Origin: an uncultured Verrucomicrobiae bacterium
GTDB lineage: Bacteria; Verrucomicrobiota; Verrucomicrobiia; Limisphaerales; UBA11358
Direction: 5' to 3'
DNA length: 64,000 bases
Assembly: GCA_963719075.1 (NCBI GenBank)
Contig: CAVRAN010000001.1
Location: 320,324-384,323, forward strand
Each line of letters opens with the position of its first letter. The first letter of the stretch is position 1. The notes beneath the pieces are model-generated. The model was not told the DNA's origin and ran no database searches. It worked only from the letters and a program-made list of their open reading frames with translations. Below, piece after piece: positions 26,781 to 35,801 of this stretch. The translations under genes and the position numbers were made by a program.

Positions 26781-28217
26781 GTGGTGACTTCAATTAAATT
26801 TGGAACTTCTGGCTGGCGCGGCATCATCGCGCAGGATTTCACTTTTGAAAATGTTCGCCTCGCCACGCAGGGCATCGCGAATTATCTGAATTCGGAAATC
26901 CGCAATCCGCAGTCCGCCCTCCACTATCGCAATCCGGTTGTGATTCTTGGCCACGACACGCGGTTTCTGGCGCGCGAATTTACTCTGGCCGCCGCCGAGG
27001 TTTTGGCTGCCAACGACATCGAACCGCTGCTTTGCGACCGCGACACGCCCACGCCAGTCATCGCCTACGCCATTCGTCATCACAACGCGATTGGCGGCAT
27101 CAACATGACCGCCAGCCACAATCCGGCGGAATATCAGGGCCTAAAATTTTCCACCTGGAACGGCGCGCCGGCGACGCCCGACGTGACGAAGCAGATTGAA
27201 GCGAGCATTACGAAACTTCAATCTGAAAATTTTTCATTCAAAGGCGCGGTCATCGGAACTTACCAATGCGGAACGTTCGACCCGCAGCCTGCCTATTTCA
27301 AACAGCTTCAAAAGCTCATTGAATTTTCAGTCCTTAAAAAAGCGAAAATTAAAGTCGCGCTCGATTTCAGCTACGGCACGGCGCACGGATATTTAGACAA
27401 ACTATTTGAAAGCGTCGGCGCGAAAATCACCTTGTTTCACAACGAACTGAATCCGCTTTTCGGCGGCCATCATCCCGAACCGAATGCGGAGAACATGGCC
27501 GTCGTCAGCAAATTCGTCCGCAGCGGCAAGGCGCAAATCGGCCTCGGCACGGACGGCGACGCGGATCGTTTTGGAATTGTGGACAAGGACGGCACGTGGT
27601 TGACGCCGAATCAAGTCCTCGCGCTCGCGCTTTATCATTTGAAAAAAAATCGCGGCTGGACGGGTGCGGTCGTGCGCACCGTGCCGACAAGTCATCAGGT
27701 GGACGCCGTTGCAAAATTATTCGGCGTGAAAGTTTATGAAACACACGTCGGCTTTAAATATATCGGCGAACTGATGGAGCGCGAACCGATTATTGTCGGC
27801 GGCGAGGAATCCGGCGGGTTGAGCGTGAAAGGCCACGTGCCGGAAAAAGACGGTATTCTCGCGTGCCTGCTCATGGCCGAACTTGTCGCGACTGAGAAAA
27901 AATCGCTTGGCCAGATTTTGAAGGAGCTCTCGAAACAGATCGGCGAGTTTTACACCGACCGCATAAACGTCAGTTTTGCGCCGGAAAAAAAAGAAGCTTT
28001 GCTCGCGAAACTTGGCGGCGGCCTGCAAACCATCGGCTCATTCAAGGTGGAAAGATTCATCACGACCGACGGCTACAAATTTCTTCTCCCGAACAACGAA
28101 TGGGTTGCCTTCCGCGCCAGCGGCACGGAGCCATTGATTCGTTGCTACATTGAAGCAACGACAAAAGCAAATTTGAAAAAGCTCCAAGCTGCCTGTCACA
28201 AAGTTTTGGCGGTATAA
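26781..28217 (+). CDS. alpha-D-phosphohexomutase (phosphoglucomutase/phosphomannomutase family)
   Basis: TASHNPAEYQGLKF (catalytic Ser loop), GTDGDADRFGIVD (Mg loop), GGEESGG (sugar-binding loop). Confidence 0.92.
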   Translation: MVTSIKFGTSGWRGIIAQDFTFENVRLATQGIANYLNSEIRNPQSALHYRNPVVILGHDTRFLAREFTLAAAEVLAANDIEPLLCDRDTPTPVIAYAIRHHNAIGGINMTASHNPAEYQGLKFSTWNGAPATPDVTKQIEASITKLQSENFSFKGAVIGTYQCGTFDPQPAYFKQLQKLIEFSVLKKAKIKVALDFSYGTAHGYLDKLFESVGAKITLFHNELNPLFGGHHPEPNAENMAVVSKFVRSGKAQIGLGTDGDADRFGIVDKDGTWLTPNQVLALALYHLKKNRGWTGAVVRTVPTSHQVDAVAKLFGVKVYETHVGFKYIGELMEREPIIVGGEESGGLSVKGHVPEKDGILACLLMAELVATEKKSLGQILKELSKQIGEFYTDRINVSFAPEKKEALLAKLGGGLQTIGSFKVERFITTDGYKFLLPNNEWVAFRASGTEPLIRCYIEATTKANLKKLQAACHKVLAV

Positions 28218-28286
28218 AATTGTGTCAGTTGCTCAAAATGCCTGCGTCAGCCGCCCAAAAATCCGTGCGCGCAATTCGCGTCAGAA

Positions 28287-28305
28287 CCTCTGCGTCTTTG
28301 CGTGG
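28287..28305. repeat. CTTTGCG-family repeat copy (intergenic pgm/kdpC)
   Basis: CCTCTGCGTCTTTGCGTGG matches GGCGTCTTTGCGTGG inside mutY. Confidence 0.5.
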
Positions 28306-28339
28306 AAAAATTGCGGCAGGCGAGACGCCCGCGCTACCT

Positions 28340-28945
28340 TCATTTGCCAGCCAAGCCATCAAGCGCAAAGTTCAGCTTCATCACGTTCACGCGCGGTTCA
28401 CCAAACAGTCCGAGGTCGCGACCACTCGTGTTTTCTTGGACGATCTTGCGCAATTGTTCCTCGGAAATTCCGCGCGCCTTGGCGACGCGCGCGATCTGGA
28501 TTTCTGCGTTTGCCGGAGAAATGTGCGGATCAAGTCCGCTGGCGGATTCCGTCACGGCGTCGGCAGGAACAATCGCGTTCGTCGCGAGATTATTTTCCGC
28601 GCGGTAATTGGCGAGGTTCTGCGTGATGTTGGCGACAAGGTTCGACGAGGTCGGGCCAAGATTGCTGCCGCTGGAACTCGTGGCGTCAAACCCGTTTGCG
28701 CCCGCCGCCGACGGACGTGGATGAAAGTATTGCGCGCCCGTGAAATTTTGCGCGAGCAACGCCGAGCCGCGCACCGCGCCGGATTTGTCCACGAGCAGGC
28801 TGCCGTCGGCCTGGTTCGGAAAAAACAATTTCGCCGCGCCAAAAACAACGAGCGGATACACGCCGCACAAAATGATAGCGAAGAAAATTGTCGCCACAAT
28901 CGAGCGGCCGAATTCAGTAAAAAGATTTTTCATAAAGTGATTCAA
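28340..28945 (-). CDS. kdpC: potassium-transporting ATPase subunit C
   Basis: N-terminal TM, then FHPRPSAAG...SSGSNLGPTS...SASGLDPHISPANA, the KdpC signature. It follows kdpB. Confidence 0.92.
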   Translation of the reverse strand: MNHFMKNLFTEFGRSIVATIFFAIILCGVYPLVVFGAAKLFFPNQADGSLLVDKSGAVRGSALLAQNFTGAQYFHPRPSAAGANGFDATSSSGSNLGPTSSNLVANITQNLANYRAENNLATNAIVPADAVTESASGLDPHISPANAEIQIARVAKARGISEEQLRKIVQENTSGRDLGLFGEPRVNVMKLNFALDGLAGK

Positions 28946-28951
28946 TTTGGG

Positions 28952-30967
28952 TTACGCGAGATGCAAACTGGCGACGACAACATCAATCAGTTTGATTCCC
29001 ACAAACGGAACAATCATGCCGCCGACGCCGTAAATGAGCAGGTTGCGCCGCAGAATTTCCACCGCGCCGAGCGGACGGAACTTCACGCCACGCAACGCCA
29101 GCGGAATCAGCGCGATGATGACGAGCGCGTTGAAAATGACGGCGCTCAAAATCGCGCTGTCCGGGCTATGCAGATGCATGATGTTCAGCGGCGCGATGAC
29201 CGGAAACGTCACCATGAGCATCGCGGGAATGATGGCGAAGTATTTCGCCACGTCGTTCGCGATGCTGAACGTCGTCAACGCGCCGCGCGTGATGAGCAAT
29301 TGTTTTCCGATTTCGATGATTTCCAAAAGCTTCGTCGGATTCGAATCGAGGTCCACCATGTTGCCGGCTTCCTTCGCGGCCTGCGTGCCGGTGTTCATCG
29401 CCACGCCGACGTCGGCTTGCGCGAGCGCGGGCGCGTCGTTCGTGCCGTCGCCGATCATCGCGACCATGCGGCCACCGGTCTGTTCCTTGCGGATGAGCGC
29501 GAGCTTGTCCTCCGGTTTCGCCTCGGCGAGAAAATCATCCACGCCCGTTTCCTGCGCGATGGCGGCGGCGGTCAACTTGTTGTCGCCGGTGATCATCACG
29601 GTGCGGATGCCCATCGCGCGAAAGCGTTTGAAGCGTTCGGCCAAACCGCCTTTCACGATGTCCTTCAAATGAATCACGCCGAGCGCGCGCGACTGCGTGG
29701 CGACAACGAGCGGCGTGCCGCCGGAACGGGAAATATTTTCCACGGCGCTCTCGACTTCTTTCGGCAAAGTTCCGCCGACAAATTGTTTCACCGCCGCCGA
29801 CGCGCCTTTGCGGATTTGCTGGCCTTCGTAATTCACGCCGCTCATGCGCGTCTGCGCGGTGAACGGCACGAATTGCGCGCCGGGCAGTTCGTGGATTTCG
29901 CGTGCGCGGATGCCGAAATTTTTCGCGAGCACGACGATGCTGCGGCCTTCCGGTGTCTCGTCGGCGAGCGACGCGAGTTGCGCGGCGTCGGCGAGTTCCT
30001 GTTCCGTCACGCCGGACGCGGGCAAAAACGCGGTGGCCTGGCGGTTGCCCAGCGTGATTGTGCCGGTCTTGTCCAAAAGCAAAACATCCACGTCGCCCGC
30101 CGCCTCGACGGCGCGCCCGCTCATCGCCAAAACATTTCGCTGAAGCAAACGATCCATGCCCGCAATGCCGATCGCGCTCAACAAACCGCCAATGGTAGTC
30201 GGAATCAAACACACGAGCAGCGCGATGAGAACCGCATTGGAAAAATTCACGCCGGAATAAATGCCGAGCGGTTTCAAAGTCACGACTGCGAGCAGAAAAA
30301 CGATCGTCAGCGCGGCGAGCAGAATCGTTAGCGCGAGTTCGTTCGGCGTTTTCTGGCGGCTTGCGCCTTCGACGAGCGAAATCATGCGATCCAAAAAACC
30401 TTCGCCGGGATTGCAGGTGATGCGGATTTTGATTTCGTCCGACAACACGCGCGTGCCGCCGGTGACGGCGCTGCGATCGCCGCCCGCTTCGCGAACGACG
30501 GGCGCGGATTCGCCGGTGATGGCGGATTCGTCCACCGTCGCCGCGCCGTGGACAATTTCGCCGTCGGCAGGAATGATTTCGCCCGCGCGGACGACGATGA
30601 CATCGTTTTTGCGAAGCGAGTCGGCGTCCACGGTTTTGATTTTGCCGTCGTCGGAAATTTTATTGGCGCTCGTTTGCGTGCGCGTCTGGCGCAACGCTTT
30701 CGCCTGCGCCTTGCCGCGGCCTTCGGCGACGGCTTCGGCGAAATTCGCGAACAAAACCGTGAACCAAAGCCAGATCGCAATCTGCAAAACGAATCCGGTC
30801 TGGCCGGGCGAGCGGAAAATCTCGACAGTGCTGATGGCCGCGCCGACAAGCGTGACGAACATGACGGGATTTTTCACCATCAGCCGCGGGTCGAGCTTGC
30901 GGAACGTGTCGCCGAGCGCGGGCGCAAGGATTTTCGCGTCGAAAATGGAAACGGGTTGGTGCGTCAT
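28952..30967 (-). CDS. kdpB: potassium-transporting ATPase subunit B (P-type ATPase)
   Basis: [13 protein letters not shown] (DKTGT phosphorylation site), [19 protein letters not shown]. Confidence 0.97.
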   Translation of the reverse strand: MTHQPVSIFDAKILAPALGDTFRKLDPRLMVKNPVMFVTLVGAAISTVEIFRSPGQTGFVLQIAIWLWFTVLFANFAEAVAEGRGKAQAKALRQTRTQTSANKISDDGKIKTVDADSLRKNDVIVVRAGEIIPADGEIVHGAATVDESAITGESAPVVREAGGDRSAVTGGTRVLSDEIKIRITCNPGEGFLDRMISLVEGASRQKTPNELALTILLAALTIVFLLAVVTLKPLGIYSGVNFSNAVLIALLVCLIPTTIGGLLSAIGIAGMDRLLQRNVLAMSGRAVEAAGDVDVLLLDKTGTITLGNRQATAFLPASGVTEQELADAAQLASLADETPEGRSIVVLAKNFGIRAREIHELPGAQFVPFTAQTRMSGVNYEGQQIRKGASAAVKQFVGGTLPKEVESAVENISRSGGTPLVVATQSRALGVIHLKDIVKGGLAERFKRFRAMGIRTVMITGDNKLTAAAIAQETGVDDFLAEAKPEDKLALIRKEQTGGRMVAMIGDGTNDAPALAQADVGVAMNTGTQAAKEAGNMVDLDSNPTKLLEIIEIGKQLLITRGALTTFSIANDVAKYFAIIPAMLMVTFPVIAPLNIMHLHSPDSAILSAVIFNALVIIALIPLALRGVKFRPLGAVEILRRNLLIYGVGGMIVPFVGIKLIDVVVASLHLA

Positions 30968-30978
30968 AAAAAATCAGA

Positions 30979-32790
30979 TTAAAACAAATTTCCTTTCAGC
31001 ATTAAAAAGTGTTCGACAATCGGGCCGAGCGCGAGCGCGGGCAAAAAGGTCAGCGCGCCGACCAGAATCACCGTGCCGACGAGCAGCACGACAAATGTGA
31101 AGCCGCTCACGGGAAAAGTTCCGGCGCTGGCAGGGACGATTTTTTTACGCGCGAGCGAACCAGCCAGCGCGAGCAGCGGAATGATCATGCCGAAACGTCC
31201 GAGCAGCATGTCAATGCCGAGCGTGGTGTCCCAATGCGGGTCGCCGTTCGACGGATTGGCGTTGAGGCCGGCGAAGGCGCTGCCGTTGTTGCCCGCGCCG
31301 GAAGTGTAGGCGTAAAGCATTTCGCTCAAGCCGTGCGGGCCTTGATTGTTCAAACTGGATTTGCCCCAATCGCTCACCGAAGCCCAGGCCGTGAAACCGA
31401 GAATGATGAACGCGAGGATGACGAACGCGAGCAGCACCATTTTCACGTCGTAGGATTCGATTTTTTTGCCGAGATATTCCGGCGTGCGCCCGACCATCAG
31501 CCCGGCGATGAACACGGTCAGCACGACGAAAATCAACATGCCGTAAAGTCCCGCACCGACGCCGCCAAAAATGACTTCCCCAGTTTGAATGTTGAAAAGC
31601 GGCACGAGTCCGCCAAGTGGTGTGAAAGAGTCGTGCATGGAATTCACCGCACCGCACGACGCGTCCGTCGTGACCGTCGCGAAAAGCGCGGAGTTGAAAA
31701 TGCCGAAGCGGACTTCTTTGCCTTCCATATTTCCATCGGCGACGGCGACACCAAGTTGCTGATGAATCGGATTGCCGCGCGCTTCGGCCCACCAGCAAAA
31801 TAAAACGCCCGCGAGACACATCGCGAACATCGCCGACCAGACCGACCAGCCGTGCTTTTGATTTTTCGTTTCGCGTCCTAGGTGATACGTCAACGCGCTG
31901 CCGATGCACAGGAGCGCGAGCATCTGCAAAAAGTTCGAGAGCGGCGTGGGATTTTCAAACGGATGCGCGGCGTTGGCGTTCGTGTAGCCACCGCCGTTCG
32001 TGCCGAGCATTTTGATCGCGACCTGCGACGCCATCGGCCCTTGCACGATCGTCTGCGTGTCGAGCGTTTGATTTTCCATCACGGGATTTCCCTTGGCGTC
32101 GAGAACTGGTTTTCCATTCGCGTCAACTTTGGCGACGGAAATGGTTTGCGGCTCGATCAATTTCGCCGACGTGTAAGGTTTGAAATTTTGGATCATGCCT
32201 TGCGACACGAGAAAAATTGCGAAGACGAGGCAGATTGGCAGCAGCAAATAATAAGTGATGCGCGTCACGTCCACCCAGAAATTGCCGATGGTCGTGGCCG
32301 TGTGCCGCGCGATGCCGCGCACGAGCGCCGCCGCGACCGCCATGCCGACGGCGGCGGAAAAAAAGTTGTGGATGGTCAGCGCGACCATCTGCGAGAGATA
32401 AGACATCGTGGATTCGCCGGCGTAGCTCTGCCAATTCGTGTTCGTCGTGAAACTGACGGCGGTGTTGAATGCGAGATGCTGCGACAACGCGGGAAAATTT
32501 TGCGGATTCAACGGCAGAAAATTTTGCAATCGCAGAATCGCGTAAGTGAACAGCAAGCTCACGAGGCTGAAAATCAGCATCGCGAACGTGTATTGTTTCC
32601 AACCCTGCTCCTTCGTCGGGTCAACGCGGAAAATCCAGTAGGTCAATTTTTCCAGCGGGCGAAAAATCGGGTCGAGAAAAGTTTTTCCGTTTGCGTCGAA
32701 CACGCGCCCGAGATAAATGCCGAGCGGTTTGGTGACGAGGATGAGCGCGCCGAGATAGAGCGCGAGTTCCAACCATTGATGGGCGTTCAT
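30979..32790 (-). CDS. kdpA: potassium-transporting ATPase subunit A
   Basis: 603-aa polytopic protein with ...NTNWQSY...LGTNGGG...SGAGNNGSAF, selectivity-filter-like motifs. It lies upstream of kdpB. Confidence 0.95.
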   Translation of the reverse strand: MNAHQWLELALYLGALILVTKPLGIYLGRVFDANGKTFLDPIFRPLEKLTYWIFRVDPTKEQGWKQYTFAMLIFSLVSLLFTYAILRLQNFLPLNPQNFPALSQHLAFNTAVSFTTNTNWQSYAGESTMSYLSQMVALTIHNFFSAAVGMAVAAALVRGIARHTATTIGNFWVDVTRITYYLLLPICLVFAIFLVSQGMIQNFKPYTSAKLIEPQTISVAKVDANGKPVLDAKGNPVMENQTLDTQTIVQGPMASQVAIKMLGTNGGGYTNANAAHPFENPTPLSNFLQMLALLCIGSALTYHLGRETKNQKHGWSVWSAMFAMCLAGVLFCWWAEARGNPIHQQLGVAVADGNMEGKEVRFGIFNSALFATVTTDASCGAVNSMHDSFTPLGGLVPLFNIQTGEVIFGGVGAGLYGMLIFVVLTVFIAGLMVGRTPEYLGKKIESYDVKMVLLAFVILAFIILGFTAWASVSDWGKSSLNNQGPHGLSEMLYAYTSGAGNNGSAFAGLNANPSNGDPHWDTTLGIDMLLGRFGMIIPLLALAGSLARKKIVPASAGTFPVSGFTFVVLLVGTVILVGALTFLPALALGPIVEHFLMLKGNLF

Positions 32791-32805
32791 AAAAATTTTG
32801 CGGGG

Positions 32806-32889
32806 TTAAAATTTTTCCGGGCGGATCATGGCCACGATGAGATATACGCAGAGCGCGAGGGAAATGATTCCGAGAATGATGTTTTCCAT
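32806..32889 (-). CDS. kdpF: potassium-transporting ATPase subunit F
   Basis: 27-aa hydrophobic peptide MENIILGIISLALCVYLIVAMIRPEKF with the typical PEKF end. A GGAG lies 8 nt upstream, and it sits 16 nt upstream of kdpA. Confidence 0.8.
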   Translation of the reverse strand: MENIILGIISLALCVYLIVAMIRPEKF

Positions 32890-32899
32890 AAATGTTCTC

Positions 32900-32983
32900 C
32901 TAGAGCTTTTCGCAGCCGACTGCATAAATGCAGAACGCCATGAAAAATCCAAAAACCAATCCGATATAGATTGCGTCCAACAT
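32900..32983 (-). CDS. unannotated 27-codon hydrophobic ORF between the kdp leader and kdpF
   Basis: ATG TTG GAC ... CTC TAG encodes MLDAIYIGLVFGFFMAFCIYAVGCEKL. A GAGGA lies 8 nt upstream of the ATG, and the stop is 10 nt before the kdpF ATG. It is below the ORF-track length cutoff. Confidence 0.45.
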   Translation of the reverse strand: MLDAIYIGLVFGFFMAFCIYAVGCEKL

Positions 32984-33069
32984 AATCTTGTCCTCGGCAA
33001 TGCTGATGCATGAGCATAGCACGCCATAACATTTTTATTTTGGGTGAACTTGAGGCCACGGACTTCGCG

Positions 33070-33245
33070 GTTCAGAGGATCGCCCTTCCAATCGCCTGCG
33101 AGATTAGCTGTCGGGCTTGGCCTTGAAAGTGGCCTTGAAACCGGTTGCCCGGCTTCTTTCGCCCCGTCCTCAATCGCTTGAGGAGTTTGGTTCTCCCGCA
33201 CCCGGCTTCAGGAAGGAAACCGGATTTCGGCTGCAACGTGAAGAC
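33070..33245 (-). promoter_or_regulatory. ydaO/kimA-type (c-di-AMP) riboswitch-like leader of kdpFABC
   Basis: The minus-strand leader contains CCCGACAGCTAATCTCGCAGGCG (33115-33093), TGCGGGAGAACCAA (33200-33187) and GAGGACGGGGCGAAAG. These resemble recalled conserved ydaO aptamer blocks (CCCGNCAGCUAACCUCGUAAGCG, GCGGGGGACCCA, GGGG-GAA). Confidence 0.6.
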
Positions 33246-33272
33246 TAAAACATGTCCGCCAGATTTTGTCAA
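33244..33272 (-). promoter_or_regulatory. putative sigma-70 promoter of the kdp leader
   Basis: On the minus strand, TTGACA, a 17-nt spacer, then TTTAGT, placed just upstream of the riboswitch-like element. Confidence 0.35.
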
Positions 33273-33331
33273 GATGGCCACAAACAGAGGGTAGTGGGTC
33301 AGTTTGAACTCGGTTTGGCTCTAGCACGGCG

Positions 33332-33757
33332 TTAGGCCACCTCATGAAACTTGTATGGAACGCTCGCGTCAAAATCTCTCCGCTGTTCTGGACTCATCCG
33401 CTGACGGATAAGCCGTGTCGTGAAGCCACCAACCAAATAACCGTCCTCAACATACATCCAATCTGTAATCTGTGAGGGCTCGAACTCTACCGACTGCTTG
33501 AATATCATGCCCGGCAATGCTGGCTCATTCGCCACTATGCCATGAGGTCTGCCACCAGAAAAATTCAAATCCGCAAGCCAGATATGCTCAACTTCCTCTC
33601 CGGCGACAAAGACCGCCTTAACCAAAAAAGCTCGTTGGCCTTTGGATGGACGCACGAATGTCTGAAGAAACTGACCAAACGACTCTTTGGCCGCCCTGAT
33701 AGCAGCCTCCATTTCAGAATCATCCGAAGCAAATGGAATGGTTGGGTCTTGCGACAT
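33332..33757 (-). CDS. DUF2314 domain protein
   Basis: 141 aa with EMEAAIRAAKESFGQFLQTF...FLVKAVF...EHIWLADLNFSG....GIVANEP........V.F....ITDWMYVEDGYLVGGFT, the typical DUF2314 pattern. Confidence 0.7.
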   Translation of the reverse strand: MSQDPTIPFASDDSEMEAAIRAAKESFGQFLQTFVRPSKGQRAFLVKAVFVAGEEVEHIWLADLNFSGGRPHGIVANEPALPGMIFKQSVEFEPSQITDWMYVEDGYLVGGFTTRLIRQRMSPEQRRDFDASVPYKFHEVA

Positions 33758-33947
33758 ACTTTGGTGGCCTAACGTTCCTAAGCTGTGCCACAGCCACCAA
33801 AACTGTCAACCGCTAAAATCAAGGCAACAGGCTGACGATTTCTTCCAAACCCAAACATGGCCATTTTAAGACCTTTCCAAAGCTCGGAAGGCAGTTTTGC
33901 TTGATTTCTTGGGATTTTAAGGGTTCTACGGTCTGGCGGAACAGCTC

Positions 33948-34169
33948 GGACGGTTGGCTGAGGAGTTCGGACGGTTGGCTGAGGAGTTCGGACGGTTGGC
34001 TGAGGAGTTCGGACGGTTGGCTGAGGAGTTCGGACGGTTGGCTGAGGAGTTCGGACGGTTGGCTGAGGAGTTCGGACGGCTGGCTGAGGAGTTCGGACGG
34101 CTGGCTGAGGAGTTCGGACGGCTGGCTGAGGAGTTCGGACGGTTGGCTGAGGAGTTCGGACGGTTGGCC
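33948..34169. repeat. near-perfect 21-bp tandem repeat, 10 full copies plus partial flanks
   Basis: The unit GGACGGTTGGCTGAGGAGTTC repeats head to tail from 33948. Copies 7-9 carry GGACGGCTGG. Degenerate partial copies flank the array on both sides. It has no stop codon in any of the six frames. Confidence 0.97.
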
Positions 34170-34268
34170 GGGAAACCCGGCGGATTAGGATATGGCCAAA
34201 AACAAACTGCTTTTATTGAAAAAAACTTTGCCAATGGCCGTTTGCGACTAAATTGCAGGCGCAATTCA

Positions 34269-35801
34269 ATGAAGCTCCGCATTCAATTTCTGTTCGCAGC
34301 CGTTTTTTGGGTTTCCACATTTTTTCTTGCGGCTGGCGAAACATACTGGCCGGCAACTCCGACACCGCCGGAGCCGATGCGTGAGTTTCGCGGCGCATGG
34401 ATTGCCACGGTTGCCAACATTGACTGGCCGTCCAAACCCGGTTTGAGCGTGGCGCAACAAAAAGCGGAATTGATTTCATTGCTCGACCGCGCGGCGCAAA
34501 TGCATTTCAACGCCGTTCTTTTCCAAGTCCGTCCCGCGAGCGACGCAATGTATGCCTCGCCCAGCGAACCGTGGTCGGAATATCTCACCGGCGCGATGGG
34601 CAAAGCGCCGGAGCCGTTTTATGATCCGCTTGCGTTCGCCATTGAGGAAGCGCACAAGCGCGGACTGGAATTGCACGCGTGGTTCAATCCGTTTCGCGCG
34701 CGGCATTTGCTCTCAAAATCGCCCGTGGCGCTGAACCATATTTCAAAAACGCATCCCGAACTGGTCCGAAAATATGGCGATCAACTCTGGCTTGACCCCG
34801 GCGAACCCGCCGCGCGCGCATACGTTTTGCGCGTGGTCATGGATGTGGTGAACCGCTATGACGTGGACGGCGTGACGTTTGACGATTATTTTTATCCTTA
34901 CCCCGAAAAAGATTCCGCCGGGCACGAACTGGATTTTCCCGACGATGCGAGCTGGAAAAAATTTGGCGCACCAAACCGGTTAAGCCGCGCCGACTGGCGG
35001 CGGCAAAACATTAACCAATTCATCCAAAACATTTATCAGTCCATCAAGGCTGTGAAACCGTGGGTGCAATTTGGCGTCAGCCCGTTCGGCATCTGGCGTC
35101 CACAAAATCCGCTGCAAATTCACGGTCTCGACGCTTACGCGAATCTTTACGCCGACTCGCGCCAATGGCTCGCCAATGGCTGGGTGGATTATCTTGCGCC
35201 GCAACTTTACTGGCCTGTCGCTTCGCACGAACAAAGTTTTCCCGTTTTATTGCAATGGTGGCGCGCGCAAAATGTCAAGGGCCGCCACATTTGGCCGGCA
35301 TTGAACGATTCTGCCGTTGGAGAAAAATTTTCAACGAATGAAATTTCGCGGCAGATTCAGATTGCGCGAGAACAATCGGTCGGAGGCAAAATTCATTATC
35401 ATTTGCGCAGCATTTTGGAAAATCCTGCGCTTACCGATTCTATCCGCGCGGCCTACGCGCAACCCGCGCTCGTGCCCGCGTCGCCATGGCTTGATTCTGT
35501 TCCGCCGGAAAAGCCGAAACTCATTCTTGCCGAAGCCCGTAGCGGCTGGCGCGTGCAATGGGAAAACGGTGGCGGCAAAACGGCGCGCTGGTGGGTTTTA
35601 CAATTTTGGATAAACGGAAGCTGGACGACGCAAATTCTGCCGGCGAGCCAAACGTCACAAGGTTTTTTCAATTCTGAAACCGGTGCTGTTTTCATTCGCG
35701 CCGTGGATCGTCTGGGAAATGCAAGCGAGCCAGCGACCATTTTTATTCCGCAAAAAAATCCACCGCATCTGCGACGAAAACTGGTTTCGGAAGGGCTGTA
35801 A
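34269..35801 (+). CDS. glycoside hydrolase-like family 10 (GHL10/DUF187) secreted protein
   Basis: Signal peptide MKLRIQFLFAAVFWVSTFFLAAG, then FRGAWIATVANIDWPSKPGLS...HFNAVLFQVRPASDAMY...ELHAWFNPFR. The in-frame upstream extension to 33954 is repeat sequence and was rejected. Confidence 0.85.
   Translation: MKLRIQFLFAAVFWVSTFFLAAGETYWPATPTPPEPMREFRGAWIATVANIDWPSKPGLSVAQQKAELISLLDRAAQMHFNAVLFQVRPASDAMYASPSEPWSEYLTGAMGKAPEPFYDPLAFAIEEAHKRGLELHAWFNPFRARHLLSKSPVALNHISKTHPELVRKYGDQLWLDPGEPAARAYVLRVVMDVVNRYDVDGVTFDDYFYPYPEKDSAGHELDFPDDASWKKFGAPNRLSRADWRRQNINQFIQNIYQSIKAVKPWVQFGVSPFGIWRPQNPLQIHGLDAYANLYADSRQWLANGWVDYLAPQLYWPVASHEQSFPVLLQWWRAQNVKGRHIWPALNDSAVGEKFSTNEISRQIQIAREQSVGGKIHYHLRSILENPALTDSIRAAYAQPALVPASPWLDSVPPEKPKLILAEARSGWRVQWENGGGKTARWWVLQFWINGSWTTQILPASQTSQGFFNSETGAVFIRAVDRLGNASEPATIFIPQKNPPHLRRKLVSEGL

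Noticed and set aside
28220-30331. 703-aa plus-strand ORF.
   Set aside because: It is entirely antisense to kdpC and kdpB, which have unambiguous P-type ATPase motifs. Its translation is Arg/Ala/Gly-rich low-complexity sequence, typical of the opposite strand of GC-rich genes.
33330-33774. A perfect 12-bp inverted repeat (CGTTAGGCCACC / GGTGGCCTAACG) exactly brackets the DUF2314 ORF. It contains integron core-like GTTAGGC / GCCTAAC.
   Set aside because: I considered an integron-type gene cassette. No full attC structure (no second GTTRRRY partner or extended imperfect palindrome) and no intI are visible. A rough estimate gives about 2 chance 12-mer inverted pairs within 500 bp in 64 kb. A search of the genome for this 12-mer would settle it.
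33948-34169. CRISPR-array interpretation of this array and of the array at 58371-58670.
   Set aside because: The units abut directly with no spacers, the period is 21 bp, the repeats are not palindromic, and there are no cas genes in the window.
33948-34169. Replication-origin or iteron interpretation of the 21-bp arrays.
   Set aside because: No dnaA, dnaN, rep or par genes are adjacent, and I saw no DnaA-box (TTATCCACA-like) clusters or AT-rich unwinding element next to the arrays.
33901-34282. Three ORFs translating the 21-bp array as heptad repeats (SSDGWLR, AEEFGRL as an N-terminal extension of the GHL10 gene, NSSANRP on the minus strand).
   Set aside because: A 21-bp unit without stop codons is automatically open in all frames. 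The starts are non-ATG. The GHL10 protein has its own signal peptide beginning at the ATG at 34269, which would be buried by the extension.
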